Shown here piece after piece: positions 47,312 to 58,053 of a stretch of DNA of 64,000 bases. Source of the DNA: Alphaproteobacteria bacterium (lineage in GTDB: Bacteria > Pseudomonadota > Alphaproteobacteria > CAAGCB01 > CAG-977); the NCBI GenBank assembly GCA_017480385.1, contig JAFVAT010000026.1:13113-77112 (forward strand). The letters run 5' to 3'. A program made the position numbers and the translations under genes. The notes below the pieces were generated by a model. That model was not told the origin of the DNA, did no database searches, and saw only the letters and a program-made list of their open reading frames with translations. Within the stretch, counting starts at the first letter, position 1. Each line of letters starts with the position of its first letter.

Positions 47312-49549
47312 TTATTGTCGGCTCTGTCGGATTGCCGCGCAGAGGCGTTTCATTTCTTCGCAGTCATACAATTCGGATACCGTTTTAGGCAGTTTATGGC
47401 GCCAATTCGGATATTCATCACTGGTGCCGGGCATATTCATCTGTTCTTTTTGTTCCAGCAAATCCTCCAGCTGAACCAACAACAAACAGCATGGAGCCGT
47501 TGCCAAATAAGAATAAAGCACTTCAATAAACCGATCCGGCAGCTTTTGCCCGTTAATTTCGGCATCGAATGATGACGGATCAACGAACCAACGGCCAGTT
47601 TGCGCTAAAGATTCTATCACGGCCAAACGATCTTGACGACGCAGGGATTTCGCATAAGCGCACCGTTCTTCGTCCATCAATCCGATTTTTCGAGCCGTTT
47701 CAATATCCGCCCCCATCCAATATCCGGCCAAAGTCGGCATATCATGCGTTCCGGCGGCAATCAAAGCTGTTTCCGGATAAACGTTCAGCGGCTTATAACG
47801 TCCGTCATGCATTTGTTCATAACGGAACACGCGGAAAGACAAAATCCCCGCCTTTTCCAACATTTCACGGAAAAAGCCCGGTACAACGCCTAAATCTTCT
47901 CCGACGACCAAACACTGATTGCGGTGGCTTTCCAGCGCAACGATGCCGATCATATCTTCCACATGATAGCGAATATAGGCGCCCTTTTCCTTGTGAGGAA
48001 TACAAAACAGCCGAACCAGTCCCATAACATGGTCAATGCGTACGGCTCCCGCCCGCTTCATATTTGCAGACAACATACGGCGATAGGAAATATAAGCTTC
48101 ATCGCGCATCACATCGGGACGCATCGGAGCAACACCCCATTCCTGACCGTTTGCATTAAACATATCCGGCGGAGAACCTATGCTTAATTGTGTAGCGAAA
48201 AGCTGCTGCGCCCCCCATGTTTCCGCACTTTCCGAAGCAACGCCGACCGCCAGATCCTGATATAACCCGACAGCCAGTCCCTGCTTTTGACTTTCCTGAG
48301 AAGCCGCCTGGAACTGCCGGTCGGCAATCCAGAATATAAACTTATAAAAACGCACCTCATCAGCATTTTGATCGGCAAAACGACGGGATTGCTCCGTGTC
48401 AGGCGACGCATATGCCTTGCCCCATGATTTAAAGCCGGTTCCTCTGCGCAAAAGCAAGTCTTGCCTGACCGCTATGGGATTCAGGGCCTGTTCCAAATCT
48501 TCTATAGAAGCATGCCGACCGCGATCATTTGCAAAAAACACCGACAAAACCTGATAGAGCGCGGCGCTTTCCAAATCCTTTCCGCCCTCGGCACAAAAAG
48601 CGTCAAAGTCCTTGTCCCCTTTAAACGCGGCGAAAAGCAGGCGCAGCGCTTCCATTTTCAGCGAACCGACAGCCGCATAATCAACCAGGGCGGATTCTCT
48701 TGCCCGCTTAAGCCTTGCCTTAACATCGGCGGAAGCTCTCCATTTTTTCAAAACCGTTTTTGCACCGGCAACGGCTTCCACATCAATATACAGCGGATTT
48801 AAAAACAAACGGGAGGACGAATAATAAGGGCTGGCCGTTTCCCAATTGGCCGCAAAAGCGACATTGATCGGATTGATCCCGACAATATCGGCGCCGAAAG
48901 CTTTGGCGACGGCATTCATCTCCTTTAAATCGGAAAAATCGCCGATACCCCAATTGCGTTCGGAACGCAGCGCATACAGCTGCACCGGAAAGCCCCATGG
49001 CTTCCCGCCCTGCCGCATCATTTCCGGCATATAGCATTTTTCGGGCACAACAATAAACGGCATTTCCCGCCCTGCCTTTAAAACAGAGCCGCCGGAAATA
49101 CGTATCATGTGATATCCCAGCTGATCCGGCACGGCAATTTTTAACTTGCGCTGTTCATAATCACGCCCGCCAACAGTCATTGTTTCCAAAACAGACAGAT
49201 CGGCAATACTTTCCTGCCCCGTCAGTTTTTCACCGTTTTCCAGAACGATTTCATAGCGCAGAATCCCCTCTTTCGTTCCGGCAGTTACCGTTACGGGAAT
49301 TTTGGCCGTTTTCTGTTCGCGCCGCACGATCATAACCGGCGGCAGAGCGCGCTTAAACGGCTTTTCCTTTAACGTTTTTAAAGACAGGGCCGCCTCTGCA
49401 GGCGTATCCGCCGGCAGCTCCAATGCTTTCAGCAAAGCCTTTTTTGTTTCAAAAGAAGTGGGATACACACCGCCGTCAGCTTCAAATTCCGGCAGAATTC
49501 CTGCTTTTTCAGCAAGCAGGTCAACTGTTTGTGCATACTCTAAAACCAC
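47312..49549 (-). CDS. malQ: 4-alpha-glucanotransferase (amylomaltase, GH77)
   Basis: QLYALRS, GIGDF, SPY, DLAVG, RIDH, GEDLG, THD and NMPGT. Confidence 0.95.
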   Translation of the reverse strand: MVLEYAQTVDLLAEKAGILPEFEADGGVYPTSFETKKALLKALELPADTPAEAALSLKTLKEKPFKRALPPVMIVRREQKTAKIPVTVTAGTKEGILRYEIVLENGEKLTGQESIADLSVLETMTVGGRDYEQRKLKIAVPDQLGYHMIRISGGSVLKAGREMPFIVVPEKCYMPEMMRQGGKPWGFPVQLYALRSERNWGIGDFSDLKEMNAVAKAFGADIVGINPINVAFAANWETASPYYSSSRLFLNPLYIDVEAVAGAKTVLKKWRASADVKARLKRARESALVDYAAVGSLKMEALRLLFAAFKGDKDFDAFCAEGGKDLESAALYQVLSVFFANDRGRHASIEDLEQALNPIAVRQDLLLRRGTGFKSWGKAYASPDTEQSRRFADQNADEVRFYKFIFWIADRQFQAASQESQKQGLAVGLYQDLAVGVASESAETWGAQQLFATQLSIGSPPDMFNANGQEWGVAPMRPDVMRDEAYISYRRMLSANMKRAGAVRIDHVMGLVRLFCIPHKEKGAYIRYHVEDMIGIVALESHRNQCLVVGEDLGVVPGFFREMLEKAGILSFRVFRYEQMHDGRYKPLNVYPETALIAAGTHDMPTLAGYWMGADIETARKIGLMDEERCAYAKSLRRQDRLAVIESLAQTGRWFVDPSSFDAEINGQKLPDRFIEVLYSYLATAPCCLLLVQLEDLLEQKEQMNMPGTSDEYPNWRHKLPKTVSELYDCEEMKRLCAAIRQSRQ

Positions 49550-49561
49550 GAACCGTAATCC

Positions 49562-51901
49562 TTATACCAAACGGGTAAAGCCGTCCTTTTCTTCCTCTTT
49601 TTCAAGATCTGCCAATGTTGCCACAGGCCCCATAGGACCATATGTCATAAAGTCCAGATTGTCCAGATCCTTTATTGACGCAACCAATCGGCTGCTTTGA
49701 ATGCTTTGATAAACATTTCCCAAAATGCCTGTCATGCCTGCACGGGAATGCAGAACAGCCTTTTCATTATCGGTCAGGGGAGCCTCAAACAGCAACACCG
49801 ACCATGCCGGCACATTAAAAGAATCACCGGGGGCATAGGTTTCCCCCGACACGACCGGCGAGTCGCGCGACGTGTCCAATATCAAATTCCAGACGGTTTC
49901 CTTTTCAACCTCCGGCAACAGCCATTCTATGCTGCCGTCAAAAGCGTTCAGAACGATAAAGAAATGATTGTCCGAATAGAACCGCCCTTCATCATTGCAA
50001 AAAGCAACGCTCAAGGATCCTGAAATCAACGCGGACAGACTTTGCGCATACGGTTTGTTCCAATCGGTCGGCGCCATTTCCAAACCTTCCGGCGTAATCC
50101 AGGTAATATCTTTAATCGGAGAATCGCCCGCCTTTCTGCCGACATAATACCGTTTGCGCCGAAAAATACGATGAGACTGGCGCAGCTTGATCAAATAGCG
50201 CACAAATTCCCGAAAAGCCGCATCGTCTTCACCGATTTCCGACCAATTCAGCCAGCTGATCGGACTGTCCTGACAATAAGCGTTGTTATTGCCTTTTTGC
50301 GTACGGCAAAACTCATCGCCGGCTGTAAACATCGGCACGCCCAAAGACAACATCAGCGTTGCCGCCATAGCGCGCATTCTTTTCCGTCTCAGCGCCAAAA
50401 CGGCGGGATCGTTCGTTTCCCCCTCCACGCCGCTGTTCCATGTTTTATTGTCATTCGTACCGTCGCGGTTGTGTTCGCCGTTTGCCTCGTTGTGCTTTTC
50501 GTTATAGCTGACAACGTCTTTCAACGTAAAGCCGTCGTGAGCCGTCACAAAATTCACGCTGGTCCAAGGATGGCGTCCCCTGTATCCGAATATTTCGCTT
50601 GATCCGGTTAAACGGGAAGCCATATTGCCGATCTGTCCTTTGTCTCCTTTCCAAAAAGAACGCACGGTATCACGGAACCGATCATTCCATTCTGACCACC
50701 CCGGCGGAAAAGCGCCGACTTGATAACCGCCTAAACCGACGTCCCACGGCTCGGCAATCATTTTAACGCGCTGCAATACGGGATCCTGCTGTACGGCTGT
50801 CAAAAAACCGGCTTTGTTTGTAAAGCCCGCTCCCGTTCTGGCCAGAGTCGGCGCCAAATCAAACCGGAAACCGTCCACATGCATTTGTTCCACCCAATAC
50901 CGCAGTGAATCCATGACCAGCTGAATCACTCTGGGGTGTTCCACATTAAACGAAGCGCCGCAGCCGGTCGTATCCTCATAATAGCGAAGGTTATCCGGTT
51001 TTAATCTGTAATAAACCGCATTATCTATGCCGCGGAAAGAAAGCGTCACCCCCATTTGGTTGCCTTCGCCCGTATGGTTATACACAACGTCCATAATTAC
51101 TTCGATTCCGGCCTCATGGAACATATGAATCATATTTTTGACTTCACTGATGTCCATTCCCGACAGATAAGACGGCTGAGGCGTAAAATAACAAATCGGA
51201 TCGTACCCCCAATAATTATGCAGTTTCGCCTTCAGCAGATGATTGCCCGTAAAAAAAGCCTGAATCGGCAAAAATTCAACCGACGTTACGCCTAAATCTT
51301 TCAGATACTCTACGGCCTGAGGAGCCGCCATGCCGGCAAACGTACCGCGGATTTTCTCATCAATTTCAGGATTTTGAAATGTAAACCCTTTCAGATGCGT
51401 TTCATAAATCACCGTATCCGTCCAAGGTGTTGCAGGCGATTTATCCCCTCCCCAATTGTATGCATCATCAACGACGCGGCACTTCGGTACATACGGCGCG
51501 CTGTCCCGCCGGTCAAAAGACATATCCTCTTTCGGAGATTCAGATCTGTATCCCTGCATGGATTCGTGAAAAATCAAATTTCCGCTGATTGATTTTGCAT
51601 AAGGATCCAGCAGCAGCTTGTTATGATTAAACCGGTGGCCCCGTTCCGGATCATACGGCCCGAACACACGATAGCCATACAGTTGTCCCGGCTTGATATC
51701 CGGCAAATAAACATGCCAGACTTCGTCCGTTCTTTCCGGCAGGGCAATCCTTTGGATTTCCCGCGTCCCAGTTTCATCAAACAGGCACAACAAGACTTTT
51801 TCGGCATTGGCGGAAAACAGAGCAAAATTCACCCCTCTGCCGTCCCAAGTCGCCCCTAACGGATAAGGACGGCCCGGAAAAACACGTATTCCCGTAGGCA
51901 T
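49562..51901 (-). CDS. glgX: Glycogen debranching enzyme
   Basis: PYPLGAT, NYWGY, DVVYNHT, GFRFDLA, AEPWD, AHDGFTL and GNNNAYCQD. Confidence 0.96.
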   Translation of the reverse strand: MPTGIRVFPGRPYPLGATWDGRGVNFALFSANAEKVLLCLFDETGTREIQRIALPERTDEVWHVYLPDIKPGQLYGYRVFGPYDPERGHRFNHNKLLLDPYAKSISGNLIFHESMQGYRSESPKEDMSFDRRDSAPYVPKCRVVDDAYNWGGDKSPATPWTDTVIYETHLKGFTFQNPEIDEKIRGTFAGMAAPQAVEYLKDLGVTSVEFLPIQAFFTGNHLLKAKLHNYWGYDPICYFTPQPSYLSGMDISEVKNMIHMFHEAGIEVIMDVVYNHTGEGNQMGVTLSFRGIDNAVYYRLKPDNLRYYEDTTGCGASFNVEHPRVIQLVMDSLRYWVEQMHVDGFRFDLAPTLARTGAGFTNKAGFLTAVQQDPVLQRVKMIAEPWDVGLGGYQVGAFPPGWSEWNDRFRDTVRSFWKGDKGQIGNMASRLTGSSEIFGYRGRHPWTSVNFVTAHDGFTLKDVVSYNEKHNEANGEHNRDGTNDNKTWNSGVEGETNDPAVLALRRKRMRAMAATLMLSLGVPMFTAGDEFCRTQKGNNNAYCQDSPISWLNWSEIGEDDAAFREFVRYLIKLRQSHRIFRRKRYYVGRKAGDSPIKDITWITPEGLEMAPTDWNKPYAQSLSALISGSLSVAFCNDEGRFYSDNHFFIVLNAFDGSIEWLLPEVEKETVWNLILDTSRDSPVVSGETYAPGDSFNVPAWSVLLFEAPLTDNEKAVLHSRAGMTGILGNVYQSIQSSRLVASIKDLDNLDFMTYGPMGPVATLADLEKEEEKDGFTRLV

Positions 51902-51914
51902 ATTTCCCCCGAAA

Positions 51915-54119
51915 TTAACGCTGTAGCACAAACAGCATTGTGGATAACGGCGGAACGGTCACGGAAACAGAATACGGTCGCCCGTTGCACTCTTCTTCCA
52001 CGGCATCAACGCCGCCCATATTGCCCATACCGCTGCCGCCGTAAATTTCGGCATCAGAGTTAAAGACCTCCATATAACGGCCAAGCTTAGGCACGCCGAT
52101 CCGGTAATTTTCGCGCGGCACCGGCGTAAAGTTCGAAACTGCCACCACCATAGCATCGCGGTCTTTGGCATAACGGATAAACGTAAAAATACTTTCGTCC
52201 GCATTATCGGCATCAATCCATTCAAAGCCCGCGGGATCGTAGTCCTGTTCATACAAGGCCGCCGTTTCGCGATAAATGCGATTCAAGTCGCGCACGGAGC
52301 TTTGCACGCCGCGATGCATCGGATCGTTCAGCAAATGCCAGCTCAACGAGCCGTTATAATCCCATTCGCGGTCCTGAGCGAACTCTCCGCCCATGAACAA
52401 AAGCTTCTTGCCGGGGAAAGCGTACATAAAGCCGAAATACGCTCTTAAATTCGCGAATTTCTGCCAACGATCGCCGGACATTTTGTTCAACAAAGAACAT
52501 TTGCCGTGCACAACTTCGTCATGGCTCAAGGGTAGGACAAAGTTTTCGTTATAGGCATATAGCATGCCGAACGTCATCTTGTTGTGGTGATAACGGCGAT
52601 AAATCGGATCTTTTGCCATATAGTCCAAAGTATCGTGCATCCACCCCATATTCCATTTATAACCGAAGCCCAAACCGCCCATATAGGTCGGACGGGATAC
52701 CATCGGCCATGCAGTTGATTCTTCAGCAAATGTCGCTGTTCCCGGACAGTTGGCATACATCAGTTCGTTTGTGCGCTTTAAGAATGCGACGGCCTCCAAG
52801 TCCTCGTGACCGCCGAACTCGTTCGGGATCCACTCTCCGGCTTTGCGGCTGTAATCCAGATAGAGCATAGAGGCCACCGCGTCTACGCGCAGACCGTCAA
52901 TCTGGTATTTTTTGTTCCAAAACATCGCATTGGACGTCAGGAAGTTATTCACCTCACGACGGCCATAGTTATAAATTTTGGTTCCCCAATCTTTATGTTC
53001 GCCGCGGCGCGGATCGGCATGTTCATACAAAGCCGTTCCGTCAAAATCAGCCAAGCCGAAAGAATCCTTGGGAAAATGTCCCGGAACCCAGTCCATAATC
53101 ACGGCGATGCCCGCTTTATGAAAAGCGTCGATCAACGCACGGAAATCATCTGGCTTTCCGAAACGGCTGGTCGGCGCATAAAGCCCTGTCGCCTGATACC
53201 CCCAAGACCCGTCAAACGGGTGTTCGTTGACCGGCAGCAGCTCCACATGCGTATAGCCCATATCTTTGACATAATTAACCAGCTCTTCCGCCATTTCCTG
53301 ATAGGACAAATAGCTGTTGTCGTCAAAGTGGCGCTTCCACGATCCCAAATGGACTTCATAAATGGAAACCGGCGCGTTCAGAGCATTAATGTTTTCACGC
53401 TTCTTTTCCCAGCCCTTAGCCTTCCATTCATATTTTTCCAAATCATATACAACAGAAGCGGTGGAAGGACGCTTTTCGGCATAAAAGGCCACCGGATCAG
53501 CCTTTAACGGCAGAATGTTGCCGTCCGGACCGATCAATTCATACTTATACAAAACGCCGGCGGAAATATGAGGAATAAAGATTTCCCACACACCGGTTGA
53601 ACCGCGCGGACGCATCATGTGACGGCGACCGTCCCATTCATTAAAGGTACCGACAACGGAAACGCGGCGGGCATTCGGAGCCCACAGCGCGAAAGAAACA
53701 CCGTCAACGCCGTCATGTTTAATCGGGTGTGCGCCCAAACGGTCATATTCGTCCAAGTGGGAACCCTCAGAAAGGAAATACAAATCCATTTCGCCCAACA
53801 CCGGCGGGAAACGATAAGGATCTTCCGTATCGTAGGATTCTCCCACCCACAAATCTATGCGCAGGCGATATTTAAAGAAATCCCAATCTGCCGGAAATTC
53901 AAACTGAAACAAACCAGAGCCATGCACGCGTTCCATTTGCGCCATAATCTTGCCCGTTTCATATTCCAGCACATACACATTCTGCGCCTGAGGCTGAAAA
54001 GTCCGCAACACCAGATCTCCGTCCTGACCTTCACGATGCAGGCCTAAAACAGAGAACGGGTCGCCGTACCCCGATGTGACCAGAGCTTCTACAATACTTT
54101 CATCTAAATAATTCTTCAT
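51915..54119 (-). CDS. glgB: 1,4-alpha-glucan branching enzyme
   Basis: WAPNA, IYEVHLGSW, SWGYQ, DWVPGHF, LRVDAVASM, AEEST and SHDEVVHGK. Confidence 0.97.
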   Translation of the reverse strand: MKNYLDESIVEALVTSGYGDPFSVLGLHREGQDGDLVLRTFQPQAQNVYVLEYETGKIMAQMERVHGSGLFQFEFPADWDFFKYRLRIDLWVGESYDTEDPYRFPPVLGEMDLYFLSEGSHLDEYDRLGAHPIKHDGVDGVSFALWAPNARRVSVVGTFNEWDGRRHMMRPRGSTGVWEIFIPHISAGVLYKYELIGPDGNILPLKADPVAFYAEKRPSTASVVYDLEKYEWKAKGWEKKRENINALNAPVSIYEVHLGSWKRHFDDNSYLSYQEMAEELVNYVKDMGYTHVELLPVNEHPFDGSWGYQATGLYAPTSRFGKPDDFRALIDAFHKAGIAVIMDWVPGHFPKDSFGLADFDGTALYEHADPRRGEHKDWGTKIYNYGRREVNNFLTSNAMFWNKKYQIDGLRVDAVASMLYLDYSRKAGEWIPNEFGGHEDLEAVAFLKRTNELMYANCPGTATFAEESTAWPMVSRPTYMGGLGFGYKWNMGWMHDTLDYMAKDPIYRRYHHNKMTFGMLYAYNENFVLPLSHDEVVHGKCSLLNKMSGDRWQKFANLRAYFGFMYAFPGKKLLFMGGEFAQDREWDYNGSLSWHLLNDPMHRGVQSSVRDLNRIYRETAALYEQDYDPAGFEWIDADNADESIFTFIRYAKDRDAMVVAVSNFTPVPRENYRIGVPKLGRYMEVFNSDAEIYGGSGMGNMGGVDAVEEECNGRPYSVSVTVPPLSTMLFVLQR

Positions 54120-54122
54120 GCT

Positions 54123-55691
54123 TTATTCTCCATCGAGGTTAACCAAACGGGCCAGTCCGTTCATTGGAATGGCCAGCCAATCCGGACGATTAGCCACTTC
54201 ATAAATCACTTCATACAGTGCTTTTTCCAACACGAACAGATCCAACAGCTTCAAGGTAATTTCCTTATCCGCCGGCAAAGAATCGCACCCATCCATATTG
54301 TCAAAATACCCTTCCAAAAAAGCTTCCGTTGCCTTTTGCTGCCACTTGGCCGCCAACTTCAAAGCCTTTTCGCGGTTTTCAGGCAAAACATACAGCAGGA
54401 CCGCACCAAACGCCGCATAATCAAAAGAGCGCACCATACCGGCCACATCTTTTAAAACAGACTGTTTAATCTGCCGTTCCGTAATCGGGCGCAGCGGCTC
54501 GCCTTCAAAATCCAAAATATAAAAATCCCCTTTGTCGTCCAAAACGACCTGCCCTAAATGATAATCGCCGTGAAAGCGCGTTTTTTGACCGTCGGCAACA
54601 ACAGGCAACAGCTCTGATGCCCGAGCGGCAATACGATCGCGGCTGTTAATTAAGTTTTCCACACGTTTTTTCACATCGCCGGATAAATGATCCACATTAG
54701 CCTTCGCCGCCGCCAATGTTTTATCCGCCTGAGCCATAACCTGATTCCGCCAAGCCGCCAAATCCTCCGCCGTCACGGGAACAGGCCTGAAAACCTCGTC
54801 GGTTCCTTTCGCAAAAGCTTTGTGCATTTCAGCCGTTCTTTGCCCCAGCAAACGCGCTTCCTTTAAATAGGCCGTATGCCGTAACCCCGTTTGTCCGGAC
54901 AAAGCCTCCGCAAAATAGGATTTCAAATAATCCATTGTGTATGACCAGCCGTCCCCTATATTCGGAACAAAAGACTGCAAAATGCCTAAAGCCATTGTTT
55001 TGCCGTCGGCATACTTTAATTCCAACGATCCCAAATACGCCGGCGTATTTTTGAATTTAGCCTCTTGTGTCAGAAAGCTGGTTGTTGCCACTTCGGGGTG
55101 GGACCCGAATGCCGTGCGGCGATACATTTTCAGCATGATTTTTTTGCCGATGATCAAAGAGGTGTTGCTTTGTTCCACACCCAGCATTTTCTGCGGCAAA
55201 CCGTCCACATCACAGATCAGCGCCTTGCCCGCGGCGGTCGAAGTCCCCGCTAAAGACATGCCGTCGCCGATTTCAACAGTCTCGTCCTTTTCCAATAACG
55301 GCAGCAAGCACCCCGCGAAATCATCATCGCCGGCAGCATCGTAAATCACACCCTTTTTCTTCGGCGTTTCAATACCGGAAATCACTGCAGTTTCCGGCAC
55401 ATTATCTGCCGCTTCACCAAAAGCTGCTCTCAGAGGAATTAGAAACGTCGGCTTTTCCCCGCCCTTTAAGGCAACCAGCACAACCGCCAGAAACACCTTT
55501 TCCAACGGCATCAAAGCTTGGAAGGAAACAGCGGCGATTGTATCGTCTTTAGCGCTGTACCAACGTTTAGACGGCAAAAAGGCTTCTAATTTTCGGCAAA
55601 AAGAATCCTGAAAAACCAAATCCTTAAAAATTTCACTCAGATTTTCTTTATCGGTTAACAAAAAATCCTGATCTTTAAAACTGGAAAGCAT
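54123..55691 (-). CDS. Maltokinase (Mak/Pep2-like; corresponds to the C-terminal part of TreS-Mak fusions)
   Basis: RWYSAK, EQSNTS, RFHGDYHLGQV, DFEGEP, DVAGMVRSFDY and EKALYEVIYE…RPDW. Confidence 0.9.
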   Translation of the reverse strand: MLSSFKDQDFLLTDKENLSEIFKDLVFQDSFCRKLEAFLPSKRWYSAKDDTIAAVSFQALMPLEKVFLAVVLVALKGGEKPTFLIPLRAAFGEAADNVPETAVISGIETPKKKGVIYDAAGDDDFAGCLLPLLEKDETVEIGDGMSLAGTSTAAGKALICDVDGLPQKMLGVEQSNTSLIIGKKIMLKMYRRTAFGSHPEVATTSFLTQEAKFKNTPAYLGSLELKYADGKTMALGILQSFVPNIGDGWSYTMDYLKSYFAEALSGQTGLRHTAYLKEARLLGQRTAEMHKAFAKGTDEVFRPVPVTAEDLAAWRNQVMAQADKTLAAAKANVDHLSGDVKKRVENLINSRDRIAARASELLPVVADGQKTRFHGDYHLGQVVLDDKGDFYILDFEGEPLRPITERQIKQSVLKDVAGMVRSFDYAAFGAVLLYVLPENREKALKLAAKWQQKATEAFLEGYFDNMDGCDSLPADKEITLKLLDLFVLEKALYEVIYEVANRPDWLAIPMNGLARLVNLDGE

Positions 55692-55743
55692 CTGAAATAA
55701 CCTGTTTTGTTAAAGTTGAAAATAAGTATGATCCCATTAAGTC

Positions 55744-55780
55744 AAAAGTGACAACTGTTTTTTTTCAGCTGTCACTTTTT
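55744..55780 (-). terminator. Hairpin/terminator between glgE and the maltokinase gene
   Basis: Minus strand AAAAGTGACAGCTG…CAGTTGTCACTTTT. Confidence 0.7.
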
Positions 55781-55789
55781 AAATCCTTA

Positions 55790-57901
55790 TCACCAAGGCC
55801 GATCAATCGGCGTGACCCGATAAATTTCAGCCTGATTGCCAGCAGGGTACAAATTGACCCATAATTCATTGCCGCGCACTTCAAATTCGCGACCGCTCAG
55901 CAATTCTTCCACCCAGAACCGCCCGCCGAAAGCGACTCCCATTTCCTCTGTCGGGAACCAGATACGACCGGCCTGCCCATGGTACGGATCCAAACTGATC
56001 GCGACAAAAATCATGTTGTCGCGGTTTTCCGTCATCTTGCCGTAGAACATGATGTTTTCGTTTTCAGAACCGTAAAAACGAAGATTTTCATAGAGCTGCA
56101 GAGCGTAGTTTTCACCGCGTATCCAGTTGACTTGGGCAATTAAATCTTTGATATTGCCCTCAGCATTCCAGTCGCGCGTTTTAATTTCGTATTTTTCGGA
56201 ATTGTTAAATTCCTCTTTTCCGTAAATCCCGTCGTTTTCGCACAGCTCATATCCGTTCAGCAATCCGTAAGACGGGGACAGCGTCGCCGCCAAAATAAAG
56301 CGGATAATAAAGGCGGAACGCGGCGCATCATGCAGATAGAACGGCATAATGTCCGGTGTTGTCGGGAACAGATTGGGACGGTAATATTCCTTCATTTCCG
56401 ACTGTGTCAGTTCCGTAAAGTATTCTTCCAAATCATGTCGGGATTCGCGCCATGTAAAGTAAGAATACGACTGAGAAAATCCGATCTTGGCCAGCATTTG
56501 CATCATTGATGGACGCGTAAAAGCCTCGGCCAAAAAGATCGTATCGGGATAAACGGTCTGCACTTCGCGAATCACCCATTCCCAAAACGGAACGGATTTT
56601 GTATGCGGATTGTCGATACGGAAGATCCGGATTCCCTCATTTGCCCAGAACATGAACGTATCGCGCAGTTCCAGCCACAAAGAATCGCCCTGCGGTCCGT
56701 AAAAGTCCACATTGACAATATCCTGATACTTTTTCGGCGGATTTTCAGCATATTTGATTGTACCGTCAGGACGGAAAGTGAACCATTCGGGGTGCTCTTT
56801 AATCCATGGGTGATCCGGCGAACACTGAATCGCGAAGTCTAAGGCGACCTCCATTTCCAATTCCTGAGCCCGGCGAACAAACGATCTGAAGTCGTCCATT
56901 GTTCCCAATTGCGGGTGAATAGCTTTATGTCCGCCCTCTTCCGATCCGATCGCATAGGGCGATCCCACGTCCCACGGTTCACAAACCAAAGAATTGTTTC
57001 TGCCTTTGCGGTGCGTGTGTCCGATCGGGTGAATCGGCAGCAAATAGACCACATCAAACCCCATGGCCTGAATTTCAGGCAAACGGGCCTCGGCATCTTT
57101 GAACGTTCCATGAACCCCCGGCTGCGTGCTCTGAGAACGCACGTCCATTTCATACCACGCGCCGAAACGCGCCCGCTCGCGGTCAACAAAGACCTCCAAT
57201 TCACGATCATAGCGTGTAGCCTGTTCGCGGTCTGGCCAACGGTCCATGGCTTCCAACACTTCTTCTCTCATCAGCATGTTTGCGCATTCATATTCGTCAT
57301 TGCTGGCGTCAAAAGCATTTAAAATATCGGACAGAAAAGCGATATCATATTCGCGGGCTTCCATGTCCCGAACTTCCGTCGTCTTTTTCAGCCGATCCAC
57401 CGTTTTGCGGATAATATTCGCGCCTTCCACCAATTCCAAAGCGACATTATGGCCGGCTTCAAGCTTTTTAACCGTTCCGTCGCGCCATGTGCCGAATTCA
57501 TCGACCCAAGCTTCAATCGTATAAATATAGCGGGTATTGTCGCCGAACCATAAATCGCCGCCCCACAAGGCCAGCCCGTGGTTAATTTCATACATCGGCG
57601 CTTCCCACCATTCATCAGAGTCTGCATGGCGGCAGAGAATAACGGCCTTTAAAAGGTCATGGCCGTCTTTGAAAATATTCGCCCATACTTCCATAGTATC
57701 GCCGACCTCGCGCTTAACAGCAAAACGACCGGCGCTGATTTGAGGACTGACATGTTCAATCGTAATCGGCGAACTGGCGGCGAGATCCAATAAATGATTT
57801 TTCTTTTCTTTGATTACCCAGCCGCGTTTGCTCATATCCGATACATCAGATCCACTGATTGTCGGCGTTTTTTTTGGTTTAATTTTTCGTTCCTGTCCCA
57901 T
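55790..57901 (-). CDS. glgE: Alpha-1,4-glucan:maltose-1-phosphate maltosyltransferase
   Basis: DGHD, PIHPIG…RKGRNN, GSPYAIG, QCSPDHPW, YAENPPKKYQDI, FRIDNPHTK and LAEAFT. Confidence 0.96.
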   Translation of the reverse strand: MGQERKIKPKKTPTISGSDVSDMSKRGWVIKEKKNHLLDLAASSPITIEHVSPQISAGRFAVKREVGDTMEVWANIFKDGHDLLKAVILCRHADSDEWWEAPMYEINHGLALWGGDLWFGDNTRYIYTIEAWVDEFGTWRDGTVKKLEAGHNVALELVEGANIIRKTVDRLKKTTEVRDMEAREYDIAFLSDILNAFDASNDEYECANMLMREEVLEAMDRWPDREQATRYDRELEVFVDRERARFGAWYEMDVRSQSTQPGVHGTFKDAEARLPEIQAMGFDVVYLLPIHPIGHTHRKGRNNSLVCEPWDVGSPYAIGSEEGGHKAIHPQLGTMDDFRSFVRRAQELEMEVALDFAIQCSPDHPWIKEHPEWFTFRPDGTIKYAENPPKKYQDIVNVDFYGPQGDSLWLELRDTFMFWANEGIRIFRIDNPHTKSVPFWEWVIREVQTVYPDTIFLAEAFTRPSMMQMLAKIGFSQSYSYFTWRESRHDLEEYFTELTQSEMKEYYRPNLFPTTPDIMPFYLHDAPRSAFIIRFILAATLSPSYGLLNGYELCENDGIYGKEEFNNSEKYEIKTRDWNAEGNIKDLIAQVNWIRGENYALQLYENLRFYGSENENIMFYGKMTENRDNMIFVAISLDPYHGQAGRIWFPTEEMGVAFGGRFWVEELLSGREFEVRGNELWVNLYPAGNQAEIYRVTPIDRPW

Positions 57902-58053
57902 TCAGAAGTCTCCTCAGCAAAAATTTCAGCCAGTATATACAATTCATCAGCCTTTTTCTACATTTTTAACTGGTTATTTATTTTCCTTTTTCATTGATTT
58001 TTTCCGTCATTATGCGATAACCTGCATGAAGTTATGTCTGTCGGTTCTATTTT

